DNA from: Nemertoderma westbladi
Taxonomy: Eukaryota > Animalia > Xenacoelomorpha
Length of the DNA: 36,218 nucleotides
Reading direction: 5' to 3'
NCBI GenBank assembly: GCA_032718475.1
Contig: JAUCBJ010001035.1
Span: 1 to 36,218 of the forward strand
Shown here: positions 11,779 to 26,500 of the stretch, one piece after another
How the letters are laid out: the number at the start of each line of letters is the position of its first letter
Position numbering within the stretch: the stretch's first letter is position 1
The notes under the pieces: model-generated
What the model was told of the DNA's origin: nothing
Database searches by the model: none
Seen by the model: only the letters and a program-made list of their open reading frames with translations
Position numbers and translations under genes: made by a program

Positions 11779-11959
11779 GTGAGTTTACATTATTATTATT
11801 TAATATCGCTCTAAAAGTCACAGTGTAGTAGCCCTAAGCGATAACAAAAAATCACCTTTATCTCAAAACTTATTTTGTTTATAAAATATAAAGTGTCAAT
11901 TACTCAATTGTTTATGATGTTTGTGAACACTAATATTATCTTATTGTTTAATTTAGTAG

Positions 11960-12343
<384 letters not shown>

Positions 12344-12896
12344 TAAAACTATATGTGGGGTCGTAAATTATTGACGTCCGAGGTCAGAGGGGGTTGGGGG
12401 TCTCAGAAATCCGGACAGGGGGGTGGGAGCTGTGGCTAAATTACGACGACCGATTTTTCGCTTTTTCTTTTTTTCCCCTATTATACTGTACCGTACGCTG
12501 ATATGCTGTTATGCCTACCAGATTCGAATGGTGGGGGTAGACCTGGCGATTATTGATTAATTCAAAATGTAACTGACGGAAAATTGAATTACTTATGAGC
12601 GTTCACTGCAGTACGTTAATGGCAAAGCCAAATTTTCATATAAATTGTTGAGTAAGACTTCATCCATCATGTGCACTACCATAAATAATTATTATAATGT
12701 TGGTTCATATAAAAATTATTAGATGTTTTGTAAACGTGACTGACGGAAGGCAATTAGGACCACTTTTTGCTGACATGTTTGGCGTGGCGTAAAGTTCGAT
12801 ATTTTTCGAGAATTGAGAATAGTGATTAAAATTGTTGTTATTCCATGAGATTTTTAGCTTCAGGCAGCCAAAAGCTTCAGTATCAAGCATAATAAT

Positions 12897-15800
12897 ATGT
12901 GACTTACGGAATGTGACTTACGGAATGTGACTTACGGAATGTGACTTACGGAATGTGACTTACGGAATGTGACTTACGGAATGTGACTTACGGAATGTGA
13001 CTTACAGAATGTGACTTATAGAATGTCACTTACGGAATGTCACTTACGGAATGTGACTTACTGAGTGTGACTTACGGAATATGACTTACGGAATGTGACT
13101 TGCGGAATGTGTCTTGCGGAATGTGTCTTGCGGAATGTGACTTACGGAATGTGACTTACGGAATGTGACTTACAGAATGTGACTTATAGAATGTCACTTA
13201 CGGAATGTCACTTACGGAATGTGACTTACTGAGTGTGACTTACGGAATATGACTTACGGAATGTGACTTGCGGAATGTGTCTTGCGGAATGTGTCCTGCG
13301 GAATGTGACTTACGGAATGTGACTTACAGAATGTGACTTACGGAATGTGACTTACGGAATGTGACTTACAGAATGTGACTTACGGAATGTGACTTACAGA
13401 ATGTGACTTATATAATGTGACTTATAGAATGTGACTTACGGAATGTGACTTACGGAATGTGACTTACGGAATGTGACTTATGGAATGTGACTTATAGAAT
13501 GTGACTTGCGGAATGTGACTTACGGAATGTGACTTACTGAATGTGACTTACGGAATGTGACTTACTGAATGTGACTTACGGAATGTGACTTACTGAATGT
13601 GACTTACGGAATGTCACTTACGGAATGTGACTTACTGAATGTGACTTACGGAATGTGACTTACGGAATGTGACTTACGGAATGTGACTTACAGATTGTCA
13701 CTTACGGAATGTGACTTACGGAATGTGACTTACGGAATGTGACTTATGGAATGTGACTTACAGAATGTCACTTACGGAATGTGACTTACGGAATGTGACT
13801 TACGGAATGTGACTTACGGAATGTGATTTATAGAATCTGACTTACGGAATGTGACTTACAGATTGTGACTTATATAATGTGACTTACGGAATGTGACTTA
13901 CGGAATGTGACTTACGGAATGTGACTTATAGAATGTGACTTACAGAATGTGACTTATAGAATGTGACTTGCGGAATGTGACTTACGGAATGTGACTTACG
14001 GAATGTGACTTACGGAATGTCACTTACGGAATGTGACTTACTGAATGTGACTTACGGAATGTGACTTACGGAATGTGACTTACGGAATGTGACTTACAGA
14101 TTGTCACTTACGGAATGTGACTTACGGAATGTGACTTACGGAATGTGACTTACGGAATGTCACTTACGGAATGTGACTTACTGAATGTGACTTACGGAAT
14201 GTGACTTACGGAATGTGACTTACGGAATGTGACTTACAGATTGTCACTTACGGAATGTGACTTACGGAATGTGACTTACGGAATGTGACTTATGGAATGT
14301 GACTTACAGAATGTCACTTACGGAATGTGACTTACGGAATGTGACTTACGGAATGTGACTTATAGAATGTGACTTACAGAATGTGACTTATAGAATGTGA
14401 CTTACGGAATGTGACTTACGGAATGTGACTTACAGAATGTGACTTATAGAATGTGACTTCCGGAATGTGACTTACGGAATGTGACTTACGGAATGTCACT
14501 TACGGAATGTGACTTACTGAATGTGACTTACGGAATGTGACTTACGGAATGTGACTTACGGAATGTGACTTACAGATTGTCACTTACGGAATGTGACTTA
14601 CGGAATGTGACTTACGGAATGTGACTTATGGAATGTGACTTACAGAATGTCACTTACGGAATGTGACTTACGGAATGTGACTTACGGAATGTGACTTACG
14701 GAATGTGACTTATAGAATGTGACTTACAGAATGTGACTTATAGAATGTGACTTACGGAATGTCACTTACGGAATGTGACTTACGGAATGTGACTTACGGA
14801 ATGTGACTTACGGAATGTGACTTATAGAATGTGACTTACGGAATGTGACTTACAGAATGTGACTTACAGAATGTGACTTATATAATGTGACTTACGGAAT
14901 GTGACTTACGGAATGTGACTTACGGAATGTGACTTACGGAATGTGACTTACAGAATGTGACTTATATAATGTGACTTACGGAATGTGACTTACGGAATGT
15001 GACTTACGGAATGTGACTTATAGAATGTGACTTACAGAATGTGACTTACAGAATGTGACTTATATAATGTGACTTACGGAATGTGACTTACGGAATGTGA
15101 CTTGCAGAATGTGACTTACGGAATGTGACTTACGGAATGTGACTTACTGAATGTGACTTACGGAATGTGACTTACTGAATGTGACTTACGGAATGTCACT
15201 TACGGAATGTGACTTACTGAATGTGACTTACGGAATGTGACTTACGGAATGTGACTTACGGAATGTGACTTACGGAATGTGACTTATAGAATGTGACTTA
15301 TAGAATGTGACTTACGGAATGTGACTTACGGAATGTGACTTACGGAATGTGACTTACTGAATGTGACTTATAGAATGTGACTTACTGAATGTGACTTACT
15401 GAATGTGACTTACTGAATGTGACTTATAGAATGTGACTTACTGAATGTGACTTACGGAATGTGACTTATAGAATGTGACTTATAGAATGTGACTTACGGA
15501 ATGTGACTTACGGAATGTGACTTACTGAATGTGACTTACGGAATGTGACTTACTGAATGTGACTTACGGAATGTCACTTACGGAATGTGACTTACTGAAT
15601 GTGACTTACGGAATGTGACTTACGGAATGTGACTTACGGAATGTGACTTACGGAATGTGACTTATAGAATGTGACTTATAGAATGTGACTTACGGAATGT
15701 GACTTATAGAATGTGACTTACGGAATGTGACTTACGGAATGTGACTTACGGAATGTGACTTACTGAATGTGACTTACGGAATGTGACTTATAGAATGTCA

Positions 15801-16460
15801 CTTACGGAATGTGACTTACTGAATGTGACTTACGGAATGTGACTTACGGAATGTGACTTACGGAATGTGACTTACGGAATGTGACTTACGGAATGTGACT
15901 TATAGAATGTGACTTATAGAATGTGACTTATAGAATGTGACTTACGGAATGTGACTTATAGAATGTGACTTACGGAATGTCACTTTCGGAATGTGACTTA
16001 CGGAATGTGACTTATAGAATGTCACTTACGGAATGTGACTTACTGAATGTGACTTACGGAATGTGACTTACGGAATGTGACTTACGGAATGTGACTTACG
16101 GAATGTGACTTATAGAATGTGACTTATAGAATGTGACTTACGGAATGTGACTTACGGAATGTGACTTACTGAATGTGACTTACGGAATGTGACTTACTGA
16201 ATGTGACTTACGGAATGTCACTTACGGAATGTGACTTACCGAATGTGACTTACGGAATGTGACTTACGGAATGTGACTTACGGAATGTGACTTACGGAAT
16301 GTGACTTATAGAATGTGACTTACGGAATGTGACTTACGGAATGTGACTTACGGAATGTGACTTACGGAATGTGACTTATAGAATGTGACTTATAGAATGT
16401 GACTTACGGAATGTGACTTATAGAATGTGACTTATAGAATGTGACTTACGGAATGTGACT
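12897..16460. repeat. 14-bp minisatellite (GACTTACGGAATGT)n, ~254 units, in S6K intron 3
   Basis: First GACT at 12901 and last at 16457, a distance of 3556 = 254 x 14; variants fall mostly at the CG. Confidence 0.99.
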
Positions 16461-16535
16461 CGGGGGTTCCCGAAAAACCGGGATCCCGGCGAAAAATGCA
16501 ATCCCGATCCCGATTTTTTGAACCGGGATCCCGAA
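16461..16535. mobile_element. TE fragment with CCGGGATCCCG subterminal-type repeats
   Basis: Repeated GGGATCCC/ATCCCG motifs abutting the minisatellite end. Confidence 0.35.
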
Positions 16536-17172
16536 GTATAAATAGCGAAGTAAATTTCTTGAATATCTAATAAATAGTTGCAGCAGAACCGAGATGTTTC
16601 GATTATATTGAATTTGTATGTCAGTAAACCATCAGTAATCGATTGCAAAATAATTGACTTTATCTTACTGATATTTCAGAAGTGTAAGATAAAGTTATAA
16701 TTAAGCTGTATTATAAAATTATATGTGTATTTTATACTTATCCTAAATCAGTATTCTACTATGTTAATTAAAATGTGAAATTAACGACTCAGCCGTAAAC
16801 ATTTTATTGTCAAAATATACCCAGTTTTGTTAAAATGATTTGTAAACAACTAATTTATTGGTGTGATCCTAGTTAAATATATGATACGAAATAAGAAAAA
16901 TATTTTTTCGTAAATATAAATATTACGACATGAAGTCAATTTTTATGATGCGATACGAAATTCGATAGGAAGAAAATTTTGATACGAAAATCCGATTCGT
17001 ATCGTTTACTGTCCTGCCTTAAATGGGAACCAATGTAATGTGGTAGGATTTATGGTGGAAGATTAAGCGGTGAACTGGTGGCATTCCATGGCTTTATAAA
17101 CCTTATTCATAGAATATTGTTACTTTTATGTAACTTGATTGGAATTATTTGTGTTTTTTTTGGATCTATTAA

Positions 17173-17454
<282 letters not shown>

Positions 17455-17531
17455 TAACCAGTAAAATATGTGAAATACATAACTTCTACTAGGTCGAGCG
17501 AACTCGGACAGTGGAAAGGAGATCCTTTCAT

Positions 17532-20500
17532 GGAGGCAGTTGTTGGGGAGCGGTTTGGAATGGCTTGGGTAGGGAGCCCAATGTGAAGGAGGCAGTTGTT
17601 GGGGAGCGGTTTGGAATGGCTTGGGGAGGGAGCCCAGTGAAGGAGGCGGTTGTTGGGGAGCGGTTTGGAATGGCTTGGGTAGGGAGCCCAGTAAAGGAGG
17701 CAGTTGTTGGGGAGCGGTTTGGAATGGCTTGGGTAGGGAGCCCAATGTGAAGGAGGCAGTTGTTGGGGAGCGGTTTGGAATGGCTTGGGGAGGGAGCCCA
17801 GTGAAGGAGGCGGTTGTTGGGGAGCGGTTTGGAATGGCTTGGGTAGGGAGCCCAGTAAAGGAGGCAGTTGTTGGGGAGCGGTTTGGAATGGCTTGGGTAG
17901 GGAGCCCAATGTGAAGGAGGCAGTTGTTGGGGAGCGGTTTGGAATGGCTTGGGGAGGGAGCCCAGTGAAGGAGGCGGTTGTTGGGGAGCGGTTTGGAATG
18001 GCTTGGGTAGGGAGCCCAATGTGAAGGAGGCAGTTGTTGGGGAGCGGTTTGGAATGGCTTGGGGAGGGAGCCCAGTGAAGAAGGCGGTTGTTGAGGAGCG
18101 GATTGGAATGGCTTGGTTAGGGAGCCCAGTGAAGGAGGCGGTTGTTGGGGAGCGGTTTGGAATGGCTTGGGTAGGGAGCATAGTGAAGGAGGCTGTTGTT
18201 GGGGAGCGGTTTGGAATGGCTTGGGTAGGGAGCCCAGTAAAGGGGGCGGTTGTTGGGGGGCAGTTTGGAATGGCTAGGGGAGGGAGCCCAGTGAAGAAGG
18301 CGGTTGTTGAGGAGTGGATTGGAATGGCTTGGGTAGGGAGCCCAGTGAAGGAGGCGGTTGTTGGGGAGCGGTTTGGAATGGCTTGGGTAGGGAGCCCAGT
18401 GAAGGAGGCGGTTGTTGGGGAGCGGTTTGGAATGGCTTGGGTAGGGAGCCCAATGTGAAGGGGGCAGTTGTTGGGGAACGGTTTGGAATGGCTTGGGGAG
18501 GGAGCCCAGTGAAGAAGGCGGTTGTTGAGGAGCGGATTGGAATGGCTTGGGTAGGGAGCCCAATGTGAAGGAGGCAGTTGTTGGGGAGCGATTTGGAATG
18601 GCTTGGGGAGGGAGCCCAGTGAAGAAGGCTGTTGTTGAGGAGCGGATTGGAATGGCTTGGGTAGTGAGCCCAGTGAAGGTGGCGGTTGTTGGAGAGCGAT
18701 TTGGAATGGCTTGGGTAGGGAGCCCAGTGAAGGAGGCAGTTGTTGGGGAGCGATTTGGAAAGGCTTGGGGAGGGAGCCCAGTGAAGGAGGCGGTTGTTGG
18801 GGAGCGGTTTGGAATGGCTTGGGTAGGGAGCCCAGTGAAGGAGGCAGTTGTTGGAGAGCGATTTGGAATGGCTTGGGTAGGGAGCCCAGTGAAGGAGGCA
18901 GTTGTTGGGGAGCGATTTGGAAAGGCTTGGGGAGGGAGCCCAGTGAAGGAGGCGGTTGTTGGGGAGCGGTTTGGAATGGCTTGGGTAGGGAGCCCAGTGA
19001 AGGAGGTTGTTGGGGAGCGGTTTGGAATGGCTTGGGTAGGGAGCCCAGTGGAGGAGGCAGTTGTTGGGGAGCGATTTGGAATGGCTTGGGTAGGGAGCCC
19101 AGTGAAGGAGGCAGTTGTTGGGGAGCGATTTGGAAAGGCTTGGGGAGGGAGCCCAGTGAAGGAGGCGGTTGTTGGGGAGCGGTTTGGAATGGCTTGGGTA
19201 GGGAGCCCAGTGAAGGAGGTTGTTGGGGAGCGGTTTGGAATGGCTTGGGTAGGGAGCCCAGTGGAGGAGGCAGTTGTTGGGGAGCGGTTTGGAATGGCTT
19301 GGGGAGGGAGCCCAGTGAAGGAGGCGGTTGTTGGGGAGCGGTTTGGAATGGCTTGGGTAGGGAGCCCAATGTGAAGGAGGCAGTTGTTGGGGAACGGTTT
19401 GGAATGGCTTGGGGAGGGAGCCCAGTGAAGGAGGCAGTTGTTGGGGAGCGGTTTGGAATGGCTTGGATAGGGAGCCCAATGTGAAGGATGCAGTTGTTGG
19501 AGAGCGGTTTGGAATGGCTTGCGTAGGGAGCCCAGTGAAGAAGGCGGTTGTTGAGGAGCGGATTGGAATGGCTTGGGTAGGGAGCCCAGTGAAGGAGGCG
19601 GTTGTTGGGGAGCGATTTGGAATGGCTTGGGGAGGGAACCCAGTGAAGGAGGCAGTTGTTTGAGAGCGGTTTGGAATGGCTTGGGTAGGGAGCCCAGTGA
19701 AGGAGGCGGTTGTTGGGGAGCGGTTTGGAATGGCTTGGGTAGGGAGCCCAGTGAAGGAGGCGGTTGTTGGGGAGCGGTTTGGAATGGCTTGGGTAGGGAG
19801 CCCAATGTGAAGGAGGCAGTTGTTGGGGAACGGTTTGGAATGGCTTGGGGAGGGAGCCCAGTGAAGAAGGCGGTTGTTGAGGAGCGGATTGGAATGGCTT
19901 GGGTAGTGAGCCCAGTGAAGGTGGCGGTTGTTGGAGAGCGATTTGGAAAGGCTTGGGGAGGGAGCCCAGTGAAGGAGGCGGTTGTTGGGGAGCGGTTTGG
20001 AATGGCTTGGGTAGGGAGCCCAGTGAAGGAGGTTGTTGGGGAGCGGTTTGGAATGGCTTGGGTAGGGAGCCCAGTGGAGGAGGCAGTTGTTGGGGAGCGG
20101 TTTGGAATGGCTTGGGGAGGGAGCCCAGTGAAGGAGGCGGTTGTTGGGGAGCGGTTTGGAATGGCTTGGGTAGGGAGCCCAATGTGAAGGAGGCAGTTGT
20201 TGGGGAACGGTTTGGAATGGCTTGGGGAGGGAGCCCAGTGAAGTAGGCAGTTGTTGGGGAGCGGTTTGGAATGGCTTGGATAGGGAGCCCAATGTGAAGG
20301 ATGCAGTTGTTGGAGAGCGGTTTGGAATGGCTTGCGTAGGGAGCCCAGTGAAGAAGGCGGTTGTTGAGGAGCGGATTGGAATGGCTTGGGTAGGGAGCCC
20401 AGTGAAGGAGGCGGTTGTTGGGGAGCGATTTGGAATGGCTTGGGGAGGGAACCCAGTGAAGGAGGCAGTTGTTTGAGAGCGGTTTGGAATGGCTTGGGTA

Positions 20501-23500
20501 GGGAGCCCAGTGAAGGAGGCGGTTGTTGGGGAGCGGTTTGGAATGGCTTGGGTAGGGAGCCCAGTGAAGGAGGCGGTTGTTGGGGAGCGGTTTGGAATGG
20601 CTTGGGTAGGGAGCCCAATGTGAAGGAGGCAGTTGTTGGGGAACGGTTTGGAATGGCTTGGGGAGGGAGCCCAGTGAAGAAGGCGGTTGTTGAGGAGCGG
20701 ATTGGAATGGCTTGGGTAGTGAGCCCAGTGAAGGTGGCGGTTGTTGGAGAGCGATTTGGAATGGCTTGGGTAGGGAGCCCAGTGAAGGAGGCAGTTGTTG
20801 GGGAGCGATTTGGAAAGGCTTGGGGAGGGAGCCCAGTGAAGGAGGCGGTTGTTGGGGAGCGGTTTGGAATGGCTTGGGTAGGGAGCCCAGTGAAGGAGGT
20901 TGTTGGGGAGCGGTTTGGAATGGCTTGGGTAGGGAGCCCAGTGGAGGAGGCAGTTGTTGGGGAGCGGTTTGGAATGGCTTGGGGAGGGAGCCCAGTGAAG
21001 GAGGCGGTTGTTGGGGAGCGGTTTGGAATGGCTTGGGTAGGGAGCCCAGTGAAGGAGGCGGTTGTTGGGGAGCAGCTTGGAATGGCTTGGGGAGGGAACC
21101 CAGTGAAGGAAGCGGTTGTTGGGGAGCGGTTTAGAATGGCTTGGGTAGGGAGCTCAGTGAAGGAGGCGGCGGCTGTTAGGGAGCGGTTTGGAATGGCTTG
21201 GGTAGGGAGCCCAGTAAAGGAGGCGGTTGTTGGGGAGCGGTTTGGAATGGCTTGGGTAGGGAGCCCAGTGAAGGAGGCAGTTGTTGGGGAGCGGTTTGGA
21301 ATGGCTTGGGTAGGGAGCCCAGTGTGAAGGAGGCAGTTGTTGGGGAGCGGTTTGGAATGGCTTGGGGAGGGAGCCCAGTGAAGGAGGCGGTTGTTGGGGA
21401 GCGGTTTGGAATGGCTTGGGTAGGGAGCCCAGTGAAGGAGGTTGTTGGGGATCGGTTTGGAATGGCTTGGGTAGGGAGCCCAATGTGAAGGAGGCAGTTG
21501 TTGGGGAGCGGTTTGGAATGGCTTGGGGAGGGAGCCCAGTAAAGGAGGCAGTTGTTGGGGAGCGGTTTGGAATGGCTTGGGTAGGGAGCCCAATGTGAAG
21601 GAGGCAGTTGTTGGGGAGCGGTTTGGAATGGCTTGGGGAGGGAGCCCAGTGAAGGAGGCGGTTGTTGGGGAGCGGTTTGGAATGGCTTGGGTAGGGAGCC
21701 CAGTAAAGGAGGCAGTTGTTGGGGAGCGGTTTGGAATGGCTTGGGTAGGGAGCCCAATGTGAAGGAGGCAGTTGTTGGGGAGCGGTTTGGAATGGCTTGG
21801 GGAGGGAGCCCAGTGAAGGAGGCGGTTGTTGGGGAGCGGTTTGGAATGGCTTGGGTAGGGAGCCCAATGTGAAGGAGGCAGTTGTTGGGGAGCGGTTTGG
21901 AATGGCTTGGGGAGGGAGCCCAGTGAAGAAGGCGGTTGTTGAGGAGCGGATTGGAATGGCTTGGTTAGGGAGCCCAGTGAAGGAGGCGGTTGTTGGGGAG
22001 CGGTTTGGAATGGCTTGGGTAGGGAGCATAGTGAAGGAGGCTGTTGTTGGGGAGCGGTTTGGAATGGCTTGGGTAGGGAGCCCAGTAAAGGGGGCGGTTG
22101 TTGGGGGGCGGTTTGGAATGGCTTGGGGAGGGAGCCCAGTGAAGGAGGCGGTTGTTGGGGAGCGGTTTGGAATGGCTTGGGTAGGGAGCCCAGTGAAGGA
22201 GGCAGTTGTTGGGGATCGGTTTGGAATGGCTTGGGGAGGGAGCCCAGTGAAGAAGGCGGTTGTTGAGGAGCGGATTGGAATGGCTTGGGTAGGGAGCCCA
22301 ATGTGAAGGAGGCAGTTGTTGGGGATCGGTTTGGAATGGCTTGGGGAGGGAGCCCAGTGAAGAAGGCGGTTGTTGGGGAGCGGATTGGAATGGCTTGGGT
22401 AGGGAGCCCAATGAAGGAGGCGGTTGTTGGGGAGCGGTTTGGAATGGCTTGGGTAGGGAGCCCAGTGAAGGAGGCGGTTGTTGGGGAGCGGTTTGGAATG
22501 GCTTGGGTAGGGAGCCCAATGTGAAGGGGGCAGTTGTTGGGGAACGGTTTGGAATGGCTTGGGGAGGGAGCCCAGTGAAGGAGGTTGTTGGGGAGCGGTT
22601 TGGAATGGCTTGGGTAGGGAGCCCAGTGGAGGAGGCAGTTGTTGGGGAGCGATTTGGAAAGGCTTGGGGAGGGAGCCCAGTGAAGAAGGCGGTTGTTGGG
22701 GAGCGGTTTGGAATGGCTTGGGTAGGGAGCCCAGTGAAGGAGGTTGTTGGGGAGCGGTTTGGAATGGCTTGGGTAGGGAGCCCAGTGGAGGAGGCAGTTG
22801 TTGGGGAGCGGTTTGGAATGGCTTGGGGAGGGAGCCCAGTGAAGGAGGCGGTTGTTGGGGAGCGGTTTGGAATGGCTTGGGTAGGGAGCCCAATGTGAAG
22901 GAGGTAGTTGTTGGGGAACGGTTTGGAATGGCTTGGGGAGGGAGCCCAGTGAAGGAGGCAGTTGTTGGGGAGCGGTTTGGAATGGCTTGGATAGGGAGCC
23001 CAATGTGAAGGATGCAGTTGTTGGAGAGCGGTTTGGAATGGCTTGGGTAGGGAGCCCAGTAAAGGAGGCAGTTGTTGGGGAGCGGTTTGGAATGGCTTGC
23101 GTAGGGAGCCCAGTGAAGAAGGCGGTTGTTGAGGAGCGGATTGGAATGGCTTGGGTAGGGAGCCCAGTGAAGGAGGCGGTTGTTGGGGAGCGATTTGGAA
23201 TGGCTTGGGGGAGGGAACCCAGTGAAGGAGGCAGTTGTTTGAGAGCGGTTTGGAATGGCTTGGGTAGGGAGCCCAGTGAAGGAGGCGGTTGTTGGGGAGC
23301 GGCTTGGAATGGCTTGGGGAGGGAACCCAGTGAAGGAGGCGGTTGTTGGGGAGCGGTTTGGAATGGCTTGGGTAGGGAGCTCAGTGAAGGAGGCGGCGGT
23401 TGTTAGGGAGCGGTTTGGAATGGCTTGGGTAGGGAGCCCAGTAAAGGAGGCGGTTGTTGGGGAGCGGTTTGGAATGGCTTGGGTAGGGAGCCCAGTGAAG

Positions 23501-26500
23501 GAGGCAGTTGTTGGGGAGCGGTTTGGAATGGCTTGGGTAGGGAGCCCAGTGTGAAGGAGGCAGTTGTTGGGGAGCGGTTTGGAATGGCTTGGGGAGGGAG
23601 CCCAGTGAAGGAGGCGGTTGTTGGGGAGCGGTTTGGAATGGCTTGGGTAGGGAGCCCAGTGAAGGAGGTTGTTGGGGATCGGTTTGGAATGGCTTGGGTA
23701 GGGAGCCCAGTGTGAAGGAGGCAGTTGTTGGGGAGCGGTTTGGAATGGCTTGGGGAGGGAACCCAGTGAAGGAAGCGGTTGTTGGGGAGCGGTTTGGAAT
23801 GGCTTGGGGAGGGAACCCAGTGAAGGAGGCGGTTGTTGGGGAGCGGTTTGGAATTGCTTGGGTAGGGAGCCCAGTAAAGGAGGCAGTTGTTGGGGAGCGG
23901 TTTGGAATGGCTTGGGTAGGGAGCCCAATGTGAAGGAGGCAGTTGTTGGGGAGCGGTTTGGAATGGCTTGGGGAGGGAGCCCAGTGAAGGAGGCGGTTGT
24001 TGGGGAGCGGTTTGGAATGGCTTGGGTAGGGAGCCCAGTAAAGGAGGCAGTTGTTGGGGAGCGGTTTGGAATGGCTTGGGTAGGGAGCCCAATGTGAAGG
24101 AGGCAGTTGTTGGGGAGCGGTTTGGAATGGCTTGGGGAGGGAGCCCAGTGAAGGAGGCGGTTGTTGGGGAGCGGTTTGGAATGGCTTGGGTAGGGAGCCC
24201 AGTAAAGGAGGCAGTTGTTGGGGAGCGGTTTGGAATGGCTTGGGTAGGGAGCCCAATGTGAAGGAGGCAGTTGTTGGGGAGCGGTTTGGAATGGCTTGGG
24301 GAGGGAGCCCAGTGAAGGAGGCGGTTGTTGGGGAGCGGTTTGGAATGGCTTGGGTAGGGAGCCCAATGTGAAGGAGGCAGTTGTTGGGGAGCGGTTTGGA
24401 ATGGCTTGGGGAGGGAGCATAGTGAAGGAGGCTGTTGTTGGGGAGCGGTTTGGAATGGCTTGGGTAGGGAGCCCAGTAAAGGGGGCGGTTGTTGGGGGGC
24501 GGTTTGGAATGGCTAGGGGAGGGAGCCCAGTGAAGAAGGCGGTTGTTGAGGAGCGGATTGGAATGGCTTGGGTAGGGAGCCCAGTGAAGGAGGCGGTTGT
24601 TGGGGAGCGGTTTGGAATGGCTTGGGTAGGGAGCCCAGTGAAGGAGGCGGTTGTTGGGGAGCGGTTTGGAATGGCTTGGGTAGGGAGCCCAATGTGAAGG
24701 GGGCAGTTGTTGGGGAACGGTTTGGAATGGCTTGGGGAGGGAGCCCAGTGAAGAAGGCGGTTGTTGAGGAGCGGATTGGAATGGCTTGGGTAGGGAGCCC
24801 AATGTGAAGGAGGCAGTTGTTGGGGAGCGATTTGGAATGGCTTGGGGAGGGAGCCCAGTGAAGAAGGCGGTTGTTGAGGAGCGGATTGGAATGGCTTGGG
24901 TAGTGAGCCCAGTGAAGGTGGCGGTTGTTGGAGAGCGATTTGGAATGGCTTGGGTAGGGAGCCCAGTGAAGGAGGCAGTTGTTGGGGAGCGATTTGGAAA
25001 GGCTTGGGGAGGGAGCCCAGTGAAGGAGGCGGTTGTTGGGGAGCGGTTTGGAATGGCTTGGGTAGGGAGCCCAGTGAAGGAGGCAGTTGTTGGAGAGCGA
25101 TTTGGAATGGCTTGGGTAGGGAGCCCAGTGAAGGAGGCAGTTGTTGGGGAGCGATTTGGAAAGGCTTGGGGAGGGAGCCCAGTGAAGGAGGCGGTTGTTG
25201 GGGAGCGGTTTGGAATGGCTTGGGTAGGGAGCCCAGTGAAGGAGGTTGTTGGGGAGCGGTTTGGAATGGCTTGGGTAGGGAGCCCAGTGGAGGAGGCAGT
25301 TGTTGGGGAGCGATTTGGAAAGGCTTGGGGAGGGAGCCCAGTGAAGGAGGCGGTTGTTGGGGAGCGGTTTGGAATGGCTTGGGTAGGGAGCCCAGTGAAG
25401 GAGGCAGTTGTTGGGGAGCGATTTGGAAAGGCTTGGGGAGGGAGCCCAGTGAAGGAGGCGGTTGTTGGGGAGCGGTTTGGAATGGCTTGGGTAGGGAGCC
25501 CAGTGAAGGAGGTTGTTGGGGAGCGGTTTGGAATGGCTTGGGTAGGGAGCCCAGTGGAGGAGGCAGTTGTTGGGGAGCGGTTTGGAATGGCTTGGGGAGG
25601 GAGCCCAGTGAAGGAGGCGGTTGTTGGGGAGCGGTTTGGAATGGCTTGGGTAGGGAGCCCAATGTGAAGGAGGCAGTTGTTGGGGAACGGTTTGGAATGG
25701 CTTGGGGAGGGAGCCCAGTGAAGGAGGCAGTTGTTGGGGAGCGGTTTGGAATGGCTTGGATAGGGAGCCCAATGTGAAGGATGCAGTTGTTGGAGAGCGG
25801 TTTGGAATGGCTTGCGTAGGGAGCCCAGTGAAGAAGGCGGTTGTTGAGGAGTGGATTGGAATGGCTTGGGTAGGGAGCCCAGTGAAGGAGGCGGTTGTTG
25901 GGGAGCGATTTGGAATGGCTTGGGGAGGGAACCCAGTGAAGGAGGCAGTTGTTTGAGAGCGGTTTGGAATGGCTTGGGTAGGGAGCCCAGTGAAGGAGGC
26001 GGTTGTTGGGGAGCGGCTTGGAATGGCTTGGGGAGGGAACCCAGTGAAGGAGGCGGTAGTTGGGGAGCGGTTTGGAATGGCTTGGGTAGGGAGCTCAGTG
26101 AAGGAAGCGGCGGTTGTTAGGGAGCGGTTTGGAATGGCTTGGGTAGGGAGCCCAGTAAAGGAGGCGGTTGTTGGGGAGCGGTTTGGAATGGCTTGGGTAG
26201 GGAGCCCAGTGAAGGAGGCAGTTGTTGGGGAGCGGTTTGGAATGGCTTGGGTAGGGAGCCCAGTGTGAAGGAGGCAGTTGTTGGGGAGCGGTTTGGAATG
26301 GCTTGGGGAGGGAGCCCAGTGAAGGAGGCGGTTGTTGGGGAGCGGTTTGGAATGGCTTGGATAGGGAGCCCAGTGAAGGAGGTTGTTGGGGATCGGTTTG
26401 GAATGGCTTGGGTAGGGAGCCCAGTGTGAAGGAGGCAGTTGTTGGGGAGCGGTTTGGAATGGCTTGGGGAGGGAACCCAGTGAAGGAAGCGGTTGTTGGG

